A DNA stretch of 24,169 bases, taken from positions 1-24,169 of IMG/VR virus record IMGVR_UViG_3300028025_005561; one strand, given 5' to 3'. Both the position numbers and the translations under genes were made by a program. Positions 15,678 through 24,169 of the stretch are shown here, piece after piece. Numbering within the stretch: the first letter of the stretch is position 1; every line of letters begins with the position of its first letter. Under the pieces are notes generated by a model that did not search any database, was not told the origin of the DNA, and worked only from the letters and a program-made list of their open reading frames with translations. The DNA comes from a virus. Lineage: Duplodnaviria > Caudoviricetes.

Positions 15678-17144
15678 TTATTGCGGGTTATAGTTATACT
15701 CGTAGTTTGGGAAGGTTCGATAACGAGGCTGTTTCATCGACTTATTCAATGCATCAATCACAGCAGCGTTTTGTTCTTCTTGTGGAAGCTTACCAAACTT
15801 CGGTAAGTAAGAACCAAGATCACGTTCAATCACGGCAGACGCAGGACGACGCACCTGACGAGACGCGCCAACACCTTCTGACCCAACACCCAGAGCGCTG
15901 GCGATGTTTTCATACATAGGCAGCATCAGCGGGTCAGTAGCGTTAGGGCGAGCACTTCCGCCTTTAGCCAATTCCTTTGCGCGCTTGTTGTATTCTTCCA
16001 TCAAGAAAGGACCAAAGCGCGGAGTATTCGCGGGTAGAGGTTCTTCATCAGGAACACCTTCAGGCCTAGCCACAAACGGAGAAGGCTCAGTTGAAGGAGT
16101 CTCTTCAGCTACGGGAGTCTCTTCAGGAGCATTGCCACTGAGAACATCAAACAAAGATCCACGCTCAGGAGCAGGTCGAGCAGCAGCAGAACGCGCAGGA
16201 GTCACAGCGCCCATCGAAGGAGCCGTGCCGCCAACGTCCATCTGAGGAACTTGCGCACCTTGAGCACGCGGCCCCATCAGCGGCGGCGTAACTCCCGGCG
16301 GAGTTCCTTTGATAGTTCCAATATCAGGCGTGCCTTTGTTCAGACCGTAGACTTCTCCGCCACGAGCGAAGAAACCATCGCCCATGTTTGTGATCCTATT
16401 AGCGTCCTGCCAACCCTGCATCTGCGCATTGAAGTTAGCAAGCCTAGTTTGAAAGTTCTGCTGCAAACCAAGATTCTTTTCCGAAGCAGCCAGAGCTTTA
16501 TCCTGCAAAGCCATCGCATTGTTATGCGCCACGCCCATGCGCGCAAGAATATTCTGCTGTTCTTCGGCAGTGTTTGCTTTCGCGTAGTCATTCTGCAGCT
16601 TAAGCACTTCAAGCTGAGCAGCCTTCGACTTGTCGAACATCGCGATAGCTTGCGCATTACGCTTATCATCCCGCGCATCGTCGATTTCTTTGTCGATCAA
16701 TCGTTGAGCACGATAGTCTTCGATCTTTGCAGTACGTTCCTTCGCAGCCTTATCTTCAGCAAGCTTCTCAGCAGCCTGTTGTTCCTGCGCAGCAACATTC
16801 ATCTCATTGGCCTGATTGCCAAAGAAACGACTGAGCGCGCCGCCAATTCCCGTCGTGGGCTTATAAGGCACATTCTCGCCGCCAATGGGCTTTGACGGAT
16901 CATAAGCAGTATTAGCCTCACCCGGCGAGCGGAGAGAACTAATCACACCCATGATCGAGCCAGCGTCATAACGTGGCGAACGTCCCTGCGCGGTGATAGC
17001 AGGTTGATCCTTCGTGCGCATCGGAGCGTTGTCGCCGTCCTTTGAGTCCTTCTGAGAAGGAACAAGATCGCGATAATAAGACAAAGGTCGACGACGAATT
17101 GGTCGAGTATCAGCCTGCGCTACACGATATTCTTTAATAGCCAT
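15678..17144 (-). CDS. Putative internal virion / ejection protein (P22 gp20 position)
   Basis: 488 aa, Ala/Gln/Lys-rich coiled coil with Pro-rich linker; position between pilot-like and large ejection genes. Confidence 0.6.
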   Translation of the reverse strand: MAIKEYRVAQADTRPIRRRPLSYYRDLVPSQKDSKDGDNAPMRTKDQPAITAQGRSPRYDAGSIMGVISSLRSPGEANTAYDPSKPIGGENVPYKPTTGIGGALSRFFGNQANEMNVAAQEQQAAEKLAEDKAAKERTAKIEDYRAQRLIDKEIDDARDDKRNAQAIAMFDKSKAAQLEVLKLQNDYAKANTAEEQQNILARMGVAHNNAMALQDKALAASEKNLGLQQNFQTRLANFNAQMQGWQDANRITNMGDGFFARGGEVYGLNKGTPDIGTIKGTPPGVTPPLMGPRAQGAQVPQMDVGGTAPSMGAVTPARSAAARPAPERGSLFDVLSGNAPEETPVAEETPSTEPSPFVARPEGVPDEEPLPANTPRFGPFLMEEYNKRAKELAKGGSARPNATDPLMLPMYENIASALGVGSEGVGASRQVRRPASAVIERDLGSYLPKFGKLPQEEQNAAVIDALNKSMKQPRYRTFPNYEYNYNPQ

Positions 17145-17146
17145 AA

Positions 17147-18469
17147 TCAGAGAGGATAGAGTCCAGAGTTCCAGACACCTGCAGCGAGCCGCAGATTCAT
17201 TACGTCGTTAGGAACACCGGCGCGAGCGCCCATGTCTTCCCAAACGGCAAAGTAAAGATTAGTCACGGGCGCAAATACCCAGCCCATTCCTTTGCCATGC
17301 ACATAATAATTTGCATAGCTAGTGACGGGCTTGATGAGGAAGGTGTTAACCAAGCTGCGCACGATCGAAGACTTCTTCATCAGCGGCACAAGAAAACGAC
17401 TCATGCGGCGATAGCCTTCACGCTTCTGCAGCGAGTATTCAAGATCACGCAGCACGCGAACCTCGTCGGGAATGTTAGCCCAGCCATAGTAAGCCTCTGC
17501 AAAGGTCCAGCAGCAAGCCATCTTAGAGATACCGCCAGCCGCACTAACGCCCTGCGTGAGCGCATCGAGCGCGTCCTTACGAGACGCATTGATCTGATTC
17601 TCTTGCTGGCGCATCTGACTCGCATTGCCGAACAAGTTCATGCCCATCGCATTCGACTCCTGTCCGACCTCACGAGCGCCGCCCGTGCGAGCCTCGCCTT
17701 GATTAACCGACGGGCGACCAGTCGTGAGCTGGAAGGTATCAATGCGCGACGAAAGGGGTTGAACAGCCCCAGCCGCAAGCTGAGCAGCATTCGCAATGGC
17801 ACTCTGCCTCTGCTGCTTACGCGCCTCACCAGCGCCGCCAAACGCCATAGCATTCGAGACAGTCGAAGTCGCCGTGGGAGTAGCGCCAGTGCCACGCGCA
17901 TAGTTCTCACGCGCAAGAGACCTATCAATCTCAGCGCGCTCAGCACCGCTCAATCCAGCGTTGGGATCCGTGAGAGAACCCTGTAGCTGTTCAAGATTCT
18001 GTAGCGCAAGTTCACGCGCACGATAAGCTTCAGGATCAGCTTCTTTCTGCGTGCGCATTGCCTCACGGACAAGCTCACGGCCCGTCCCGCTCACGATCCC
18101 GAGATCAGTCTCAGCTTGAGCTTGAGCATTCTGCCGAGCAATGTCAGATCCAGTCTTCGCAAACTGAGGCCCAAACTGCCGATACAAATCAGCATTGAGC
18201 TGCTGCTCGCGCGGCGAAATCTCTTCGCGCAGCTTCTGCATTTCAGGCTCATACTGACGAGCCGCAGCAACCTGCTGCTGAATCATCGGGATAATGTTCT
18301 CCCGATAAGCCTTCATGACCTCAGCCATCGACTCTTGCGTCGTCGGTGCTGGCGCTCCGCCATTAACAAAGAATCCACTAGGAATCCCGTTGTCAACTTC
18401 CAGTCGCGTAGATTCCCAGACCATCGAGTGGCCGAGAACTTTAGAGAGATTAATCTCAAATGTGTTCAT
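17147..18469 (-). CDS. Putative DNA pilot / ejection protein with C-terminal CFI-box-CTERM-like domain
   Basis: Ala/Gln/Gly-rich helical body, then CCWTFAEAYYG....V.VLRD...GY...LVP.M; ATGA overlap with the upstream gene. Confidence 0.65.
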   Translation of the reverse strand: MNTFEINLSKVLGHSMVWESTRLEVDNGIPSGFFVNGGAPAPTTQESMAEVMKAYRENIIPMIQQQVAAARQYEPEMQKLREEISPREQQLNADLYRQFGPQFAKTGSDIARQNAQAQAETDLGIVSGTGRELVREAMRTQKEADPEAYRARELALQNLEQLQGSLTDPNAGLSGAERAEIDRSLARENYARGTGATPTATSTVSNAMAFGGAGEARKQQRQSAIANAAQLAAGAVQPLSSRIDTFQLTTGRPSVNQGEARTGGAREVGQESNAMGMNLFGNASQMRQQENQINASRKDALDALTQGVSAAGGISKMACCWTFAEAYYGWANIPDEVRVLRDLEYSLQKREGYRRMSRFLVPLMKKSSIVRSLVNTFLIKPVTSYANYYVHGKGMGWVFAPVTNLYFAVWEDMGARAGVPNDVMNLRLAAGVWNSGLYPL

Positions 18470-18831
18470 TGTTTGATAAAATCTGAAACTCTGTATTGTA
18501 CGTTTTGCTTACTCTTGCGCCGCGCCCCACTCACGGTCCAGCCGGGATAAAGCGCCTGCCAAGCAGATACTGCATTAAACAGACAGCCTCGGTCACCAAG
18601 AATATTTAAGATGTGAATGTTTTTGCGCTCAAGGTCTAACTCGCACCATAGCGCAACCAAAGGGGTTTCGTTCTCTTTCTCAAGAACAAAGAGCTCTGTG
18701 TTTTCGCTCTTGAGAATGCGATCACAATGCATGACTATATCAATGTCAGAAGCCGCTCCGAACGTAGCCTCGCGGCCAGGATGCCGCAAGACCCATTCGA
18801 AAAGCTTAATCGCATTGATACAAGAACTCAT
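18466..18831 (-). CDS. Small virion assembly protein, possibly GNAT-like (P22 gp14 / T7 gp13 position)
   Basis: 121 aa between nozzle and ejection genes; alpha/beta pattern LFVLE...LVALWCE...IHILNILG; ATGA overlaps on both sides. Confidence 0.5.
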   Translation of the reverse strand: MSSCINAIKLFEWVLRHPGREATFGAASDIDIVMHCDRILKSENTELFVLEKENETPLVALWCELDLERKNIHILNILGDRGCLFNAVSAWQALYPGWTVSGARRKSKQNVQYRVSDFIKQ

Positions 18832-21374
18832 ACTGGTTGAAAATACCTATCCAGAATTGAGCCAGTTGCGTTCTTGCACACAAACTCCACGCCTAGCTTA
18901 CTCACAGAAGCTTCCCAATAGGCAGCTTGCGCGGCCGAGGCAAAGCGGGATTGAGCAATGGGCGGATTATGGACGGTAGTAAGAGCTTTGCCGCCAGCGC
19001 CGCTGATAAAAACGGGAAGCCCATTCCAATCAAGGCGTTCAACGAGAGCACTAGCTCCAGCCAACAAGACAGTCGCGCCCCAGTTCTTAAAGGGCACAGC
19101 TTGGATAAAGGCCAACGCAGGGTTAAGATTCGTAGCGCTATAGTAGTCATCGCCGCTTGTGAAAGGAGGCTGATGCACGACAACCCATTTGTGTTTCTTC
19201 GTGCTATTCGCCAGTGCATTACGCAGCCATTGGAACTGAATGCTGTCGGCGATAGTCTGAGGCGGCACAAAGGCATTGTCGATCTCAGTCTGCATCAAAG
19301 CCGTATCGAGGCCGGTATTGATTAAGAAGATATCAACATATTCGGTCGTGTGTTGAAAGTAACGAAGATGTTGTTGATAGTTAAACAACGGACTTGCGGC
19401 CGCCGAGTCATTGTCTTCGGTGCCGGGAACGAATAAGAGTTTGTTCCTAATGCTATCCCAAAACGGCGTGATCGTTTGAGCCAACGCGCCGATAGTCCCC
19501 GCGCCGAATCCACCAAACGGAAGACCATAGTTATGATTGCCCGTGCCGATGACATTGGTTAGTCCATTCAGCGCCTTAATCTTTGCATTGATTGTCTTAC
19601 GCTGCGATACCTCAACGGCAGTAAACGTAGGCGGCGTAACTCCACCGACGATATCCGGAATGCCATCGTTGCCAATGATCGCAAAGGTCTCATAAGAGAC
19701 AGATCCAATCATTCCAAACGGATTAACCTTCGGCCACACGCCGCTTTGTTGCACTTCTGCCGTCGCAGAGATCAATGCGCCATCTGTGTCAAACCTAATC
19801 ATCACGCCCACGCGATCACCTTCAGGCGCCACGTCCATAAAGTTGACCTCTGCGGTCGCAAACACGCCTTCAGTCAGCCCGCCATTATAAGGAATGCTGC
19901 CTGTGGATTTAGGATTGAACGGCAGCGGATTGATCGTCACGACTTTACGATTGCAGTATTGTCCATTAACGTACAACGCTGCTTCTACAGTCCCGCCTGC
20001 GGCCACACCATTAAAGCCAAGACGCAAAGTCTGCATCTTAACGCTCTTATAATCATCCGCCGGAACAACCTCAGATCCATACAACGTAACGGTTGCTTTT
20101 TGCGCAGAACCAAATAGGCGATAAATCCCGGTCGCCGTCATGAAATAAGTATAACGCGTACCATTGTCTAATGTTGACGCGAACTTCAGTATGTTTCCAA
20201 CGCCGGGATAAATATCAAGCGAGACAAACTTCTGCAGCAGCATATCAAACCACAGAATGCCATTGCCGTAAGTTGTCACCACAGAGAACAATGCATAGTT
20301 GTCGTGAGTGCCCGTTGCTGTGTTTGACTGCGTGACTCCGTCTATGAGAGAATTGATTGGGCCGCTAAAAGGTGCATTCCGACCCTCATATCGGAACTGC
20401 ATGATCCCGTTAAAACTCCTAATTCCGGTGTCATGAACAAATGCCACATCCCCTAGCACGTCCACAACAGAATCAGGATTTAGCGGCCCAATCGAAGAGA
20501 TTACTTGATTACGGAAAGTAGGCTCTGCGTAGATAAGACTAGCTTGATCCGGAGATACAAGATAGCCAGAGTTCTCAGTACCTACAAAAAATGCTCCATC
20601 AATGGAGTTAAGCGTCGAGAGCGCCGTGATGTTGTTATAGTCGACGTTAGTCGCCAGCGCCAAAGCTCCGCCCTCTGATTCGAGCGCAGATGTTTTGTCG
20701 CCTGAAGGATCGACGGCGATTACGAAGTTCAAAGGCGATCCAGTCACAGAGCGCACAATCTGATTGCGCGTTGGGCGATTAAGCCAGAGAGCTGTGGGCG
20801 CAGCCGATGACGTGACGGCGTACAATACCCCGTTATAAAACAGAGGATAATTCGCAACGGGGACATACTCAGGAGTTTCTTTTGTCCACGTAGTGTATGA
20901 CCCAACGACACGCGCAGAACCATCGGGCAAGATAACCCAAGGCTGCAACACGCCATCCATCACAATAAGCGCCGACGGTGAAGATCCAGCTGGGCCACCG
21001 AGCGTAAGGCTGCCGGTCGACGACGTAGCAGAGCGTATAAAGTTTACAGTCGAGCCGGGAATAAGTGCAGTGTAGACACGCGGCTGTAGGGAGTTCATTG
21101 TGAAAGTGGGAATCAACAGCCAATTTCCACTTGTTGTTTTATAGTATGCCTTACCGCCCACGAACGCGATCAAGAGACCGCCTGCGGCCGTGATGTCTTG
21201 AAAGGTCTCGCCGACGGGCAAATCACTCGATACATTGAGCGGCAGATTCACAGCCTCTACGACGTTCTTTCGAACGCGCGCATTGATCAGAATCCAATAC
21301 TCGTTTTCGCCCAGCTTGCTGATGTCAGAAAGCTGATTGATTCCGCCAAGCCAATTAGTTTTTGTGACTACCAT
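18828..21374 (-). CDS. Tail nozzle (tubular protein B / P22 gp10-like) fused to a degenerate metallophosphoesterase domain
   Basis: NWLGGINQ...INAR start and beta-propeller-like body (IGPLNPDSVV....DVAFV...GIRS); last ~290 aa follow the purple acid phosphatase pattern; ATG 21374 preferred over GTG 21407. Confidence 0.72.
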   Translation of the reverse strand: MVVTKTNWLGGINQLSDISKLGENEYWILINARVRKNVVEAVNLPLNVSSDLPVGETFQDITAAGGLLIAFVGGKAYYKTTSGNWLLIPTFTMNSLQPRVYTALIPGSTVNFIRSATSSTGSLTLGGPAGSSPSALIVMDGVLQPWVILPDGSARVVGSYTTWTKETPEYVPVANYPLFYNGVLYAVTSSAAPTALWLNRPTRNQIVRSVTGSPLNFVIAVDPSGDKTSALESEGGALALATNVDYNNITALSTLNSIDGAFFVGTENSGYLVSPDQASLIYAEPTFRNQVISSIGPLNPDSVVDVLGDVAFVHDTGIRSFNGIMQFRYEGRNAPFSGPINSLIDGVTQSNTATGTHDNYALFSVVTTYGNGILWFDMLLQKFVSLDIYPGVGNILKFASTLDNGTRYTYFMTATGIYRLFGSAQKATVTLYGSEVVPADDYKSVKMQTLRLGFNGVAAGGTVEAALYVNGQYCNRKVVTINPLPFNPKSTGSIPYNGGLTEGVFATAEVNFMDVAPEGDRVGVMIRFDTDGALISATAEVQQSGVWPKVNPFGMIGSVSYETFAIIGNDGIPDIVGGVTPPTFTAVEVSQRKTINAKIKALNGLTNVIGTGNHNYGLPFGGFGAGTIGALAQTITPFWDSIRNKLLFVPGTEDNDSAAASPLFNYQQHLRYFQHTTEYVDIFLINTGLDTALMQTEIDNAFVPPQTIADSIQFQWLRNALANSTKKHKWVVVHQPPFTSGDDYYSATNLNPALAFIQAVPFKNWGATVLLAGASALVERLDWNGLPVFISGAGGKALTTVHNPPIAQSRFASAAQAAYWEASVSKLGVEFVCKNATGSILDRYFQPV

Positions 21375-22357
21375 AGGTTTCGAACTCCTCCTTGCACGAG
21401 CGGCCACACTGGGAACATAATCGCAGCATCTTGCGCGGCATGACGCTCAGTCTGCACCATAAGCTCAGTGCCGCTTTCAAGATTCTCACACACGCCCTTA
21501 CAGATCTCAGCCATCACCTGCTTGCTGGCCTCAGCGACATCCATCTTTTCTTTCTCAAAAGCATAGATATACTTAACGCCATAGACCAACGCTTGAACAA
21601 GACGCTCGTCGGTCCAAATCGAGTTAAGGTTGACGAAGGGCGAAAAGCGTTGCTTGTAGAGAACCTCTACGCAATCCTCACCGAGAATAAACGGAGTGCC
21701 TGCATTCCAATCAAGGATCTGCACGCGAATGTTTGAGGCGTATAGTTGATTGTTTGCAATGCGCGCAACTTCGAGCTGAGTCGCAGCCATGCGCACGATC
21801 ACGTCGCTGTTGGTGTAGCCAGACTTCTTGATCGACGTAATGCCGAATGGGCTTTCTGGCTCGAACAGATTAACGGAAGTCTTAACGAGATCGCCTGGCG
21901 TAAAGGTTATGACTTCGGTTGTGTTCGCCGCAAGAGAAGTCTGGCCGTTGACGATGATGTCAAACGGCTGCGTCTCTATCGCATTGATCTGAAAAGTCAA
22001 AGGCCCCGCGTTGGTCAGCGGGATATGTAGCGGCGTGGCTGCAATCTGTCGCCATTGTAGATAAGGCTGCGTCCAAGGCACACCGTGATAGCGCGGCCTC
22101 ATGTCTCGCGTGGTCACGAGGCGCGACGAATCATGCCAGCGAACGCCTCTAATCGCACCTACATACCACGGAAATGTGATGACGTGTTTGTTGTTATCGA
22201 CGCAGAAGAACTGCTCAAACACAGAGCCGGGCAGATCATATTGGTCATAGATCATTACGGCCGCGCGGTTCAGCCACGCGAGCACTTGAGCTTCTTTATC
22301 CTGTGAGTCAGGAAGAACTCCGACTGTTTCGGAAACTTGTTGGATGAGGGAGTTCAT
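21368..22357 (-). CDS. Putative head-tail adaptor (tubular protein A / P22 gp4-like)
   Basis: Helical N-terminus (LIQQVSE..G, WLNRAA..IY), beta core, helical C-terminus (ALVYGV); directly upstream of the nozzle; ATG at 22357. Confidence 0.6.
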   Translation of the reverse strand: MNSLIQQVSETVGVLPDSQDKEAQVLAWLNRAAVMIYDQYDLPGSVFEQFFCVDNNKHVITFPWYVGAIRGVRWHDSSRLVTTRDMRPRYHGVPWTQPYLQWRQIAATPLHIPLTNAGPLTFQINAIETQPFDIIVNGQTSLAANTTEVITFTPGDLVKTSVNLFEPESPFGITSIKKSGYTNSDVIVRMAATQLEVARIANNQLYASNIRVQILDWNAGTPFILGEDCVEVLYKQRFSPFVNLNSIWTDERLVQALVYGVKYIYAFEKEKMDVAEASKQVMAEICKGVCENLESGTELMVQTERHAAQDAAIMFPVWPLVQGGVRNLW

Positions 22358-22358
22358 G

Positions 22359-23546
22359 TTAGGCGAATCGAATTGCAACACACTTCAGGGCCCAGCGAGC
22401 ACGTTCTGGTGCAGTGCTTATCGACTGAACAGTTGACGCTGACGCATCCTGTATTTGATAAAAAGCTGGACCACGATGAACAACCTTTGATGCAGACGCA
22501 TCAAAAATAATCAACGGACCTGCTTCATTAGCGCCACCATCATCATTTCCCAGCGAAGACCAAGGAATCTCATCACCCGGTTGATGATTGTGATCTGCCG
22601 TAATGCACTTAAGGTAAAACTGATAAATATCAGCTCTGCCACCCGTAGCTGCATAAGTAATAACATCAACAGGTGTATTTGATGCAGGTAATGGTGTAAC
22701 TTCAACAACTTGTTTTGACGCAACAATACCAGCAACAGCCGTCGGAGCAACCCAATCCGGAACACCTCCAACCTTACTCAACAAATAACCATCAGGAATG
22801 CCAGCAGACTCTACTTTGATCGGCGCAACTGTACCATTCTGCAACTTGCCGCCACTCAGTGTGTCGTTGAGGATGTCTATATTCGGCTCAAGAAAACGCC
22901 ATACTGCAAAAGTGTCACTGATACGACCAGTAAGAAACTTACTACGCGCAACAGCTCCCGGCGCAGGCGCAATCAGATCAGTAGGAATTGCACCATCAGC
23001 AATGTTATCAATAACATTCTGCGCCGTATACCAATTTGCTACGCCCGGGCCATAAGTAGACGCAAGACGGAATTGCCCCGCCGGAATGCCCGTCGTGATC
23101 AGCGATCCAACAGGAATAGATCCGGTAGTGACAAGAGAGGAAAGAGAAACAAACTCAAACGCAGTCCCGCCAGCATTAACGCGAATGAGTTGATTAGCGG
23201 TGCCGCCTGCCGTTGAGAGCTTAGCAAGAGTCACAGCCGCATTCTGAATCATCGCGGTCGTGATCGTGTTGGGGCTGATAACGTCATTCACGTTAACCCA
23301 ACCTGGCGCGCTCTCACGATAGACGTTAACAGTCGGCTGGGCAGGATTCAACAAGCTAACCCAAATCGACCGCTTGCGCCACGCATTCGCCCCAGTCACG
23401 TCAGGCGCAGTGGTGTCGAACAAGATCATGCCATACGTCGACGACGGCTTGGCCTCGCGGATGAGTTGCAGAAGCACGCTTGCGTATCCGCCAAACGTAC
23501 TCGTTGGGTCGATGCCTTCGACAAAAGGATTTGAGTTTAAAGCCAT
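22359..23546 (-). CDS. Putative tail fibre / receptor-binding protein
   Basis: Fibre-shaft motifs (ITTAMIQNAAVTLAKL, IADGAIPTD.I, LQNGTVAP.KV, G.LL.K.GG.P.W) and a beta-rich C-terminal tip. Confidence 0.65.
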   Translation of the reverse strand: MALNSNPFVEGIDPTSTFGGYASVLLQLIREAKPSSTYGMILFDTTAPDVTGANAWRKRSIWVSLLNPAQPTVNVYRESAPGWVNVNDVISPNTITTAMIQNAAVTLAKLSTAGGTANQLIRVNAGGTAFEFVSLSSLVTTGSIPVGSLITTGIPAGQFRLASTYGPGVANWYTAQNVIDNIADGAIPTDLIAPAPGAVARSKFLTGRISDTFAVWRFLEPNIDILNDTLSGGKLQNGTVAPIKVESAGIPDGYLLSKVGGVPDWVAPTAVAGIVASKQVVEVTPLPASNTPVDVITYAATGGRADIYQFYLKCITADHNHQPGDEIPWSSLGNDDGGANEAGPLIIFDASASKVVHRGPAFYQIQDASASTVQSISTAPERARWALKCVAIRFA

Positions 23547-23551
23547 AAAGT

Positions 23552-23587
23552 AAAAAAGGGCTATCTCTTCGAAAAGAGATAACCCTT
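23552..23587 (-). terminator. Intrinsic terminator with UUCG loop
   Basis: On the - strand AAGGGTTATCTCTT-TTCG-AAGAGATAGCCCTT-TTTT; the single non-Watson-Crick pair is G-U only on the - strand. Confidence 0.8.
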
Positions 23588-23607
23588 AGGGTTGATCTGG
23601 ATTTTGT

Positions 23608-24168
23608 TTAATCCACCGGGCAAACGTAGAAATTATCTACCGGATAAACTGTCGGATATGGATTCGGCAGCGTTCCGATTTGACAAACACCATTTGCAAG
23701 CGCGGTACCAAGCTCGTCGCAGCAGTTATCTGGCTTCTCTAAGATATCCGTTAGGAGATCAAAAGCCTCGGAGAAAGCCCGTCGGGAAAAAGAAGTCGTC
23801 CAATATTCAAACTGTGCGCCTTCGCCGGGAATAATTTCGCCGCTATACAACGGATAGCTCAAGACTTCGTAGCCGTTTGTCCAGAGCTTATAACGACGCA
23901 CAGAGCCCTGAGCAACCCACTTCACGGTCATGACATAAGTCGGAACTTGAATGTCTTGACCGAGACGAATGCAGAAGTTCTGATTGGGCAACAGGATATT
24001 CTGCACTGCGAAGATGCGTGATGCGCCAGCCCAAGCTTCTAAGTTTTGCGTAAACCCAGCCACCGTAAGACTTTTGTAAACGAGCCTGTTCAAAATGACA
24101 GGCTTTGCACTCTTTGCGGGTTCAAGTGTGACAGGCTTAAAGTCCCAAGCGCGCGGCCCAGCGGGCGG
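23608..24168 (-). CDS. Hypothetical structural protein, 5' end outside the window
   Basis: Frame stays open from the window edge (PPAGPRAWDFKPVTLEPAKSAKPVILNRLVYK...) to the stop at 23608; lies in the virion operon. Confidence 0.65.
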   Translation of the reverse strand, partial: PPAGPRAWDFKPVTLEPAKSAKPVILNRLVYKSLTVAGFTQNLEAWAGASRIFAVQNILLPNQNFCIRLGQDIQVPTYVMTVKWVAQGSVRRYKLWTNGYEVLSYPLYSGEIIPGEGAQFEYWTTSFSRRAFSEAFDLLTDILEKPDNCCDELGTALANGVCQIGTLPNPYPTVYPVDNFYVCPVD

Positions 24169-24169
24169 T

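Noticed and set aside
10743-21736. Many + strand ORFs of 60-230 aa opposite the virion genes
   Set aside because: Antisense shadows with Arg/Ser-rich or featureless translations; the - strand genes are contiguous and coupled
1-24169. Stop-codon reassignment
   Set aside because: Genes tile densely under the standard code, with TAA, TGA and TAG all used as stops

Overview
A 24 kb segment of a tailed dsDNA phage genome with podovirus-like architecture and two convergent gene blocks meeting at a bidirectional terminator (~10436-10479). The + strand block (1-10431) carries early, repair and replication genes: pyrimidine-dimer glycosylase-like, lytic transglycosylase-like, small ORFs, Cas4-like PD-(D/E)XK exonuclease, Sak4-like ATPase, SSB-like protein, family A DNA polymerase, ATP-dependent ligase, DUF3987-like helicase, DUF6378 and DUF2829 (Tad2-like). 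The - strand block (10486-24169) is virion morphogenesis in P22/T7-like order: structural protein, tail fibre, adaptor, nozzle, GNAT-like assembly protein and three putative ejection proteins. Most notable: (1) the polymerase is split at the thumb/palm boundary into two genes separated by a ligase and a hypothetical gene, with no intron or intein visible, plus a degenerate UDG-like N-terminus and atypical motifs A/B/C; (2) the tail nozzle is fused to a metallophosphoesterase fold that has lost most metal ligands; (3) the 1729-aa ejection protein holds two HExxH modules and an ADP-ribosyltransferase-like module delimited by R-x-[QS]-R motifs, the last being low-GC and flanked by an 11-bp direct repeat; (4) two structured intergenic elements. 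Family assignments come from motif recognition by eye; no database search was run.
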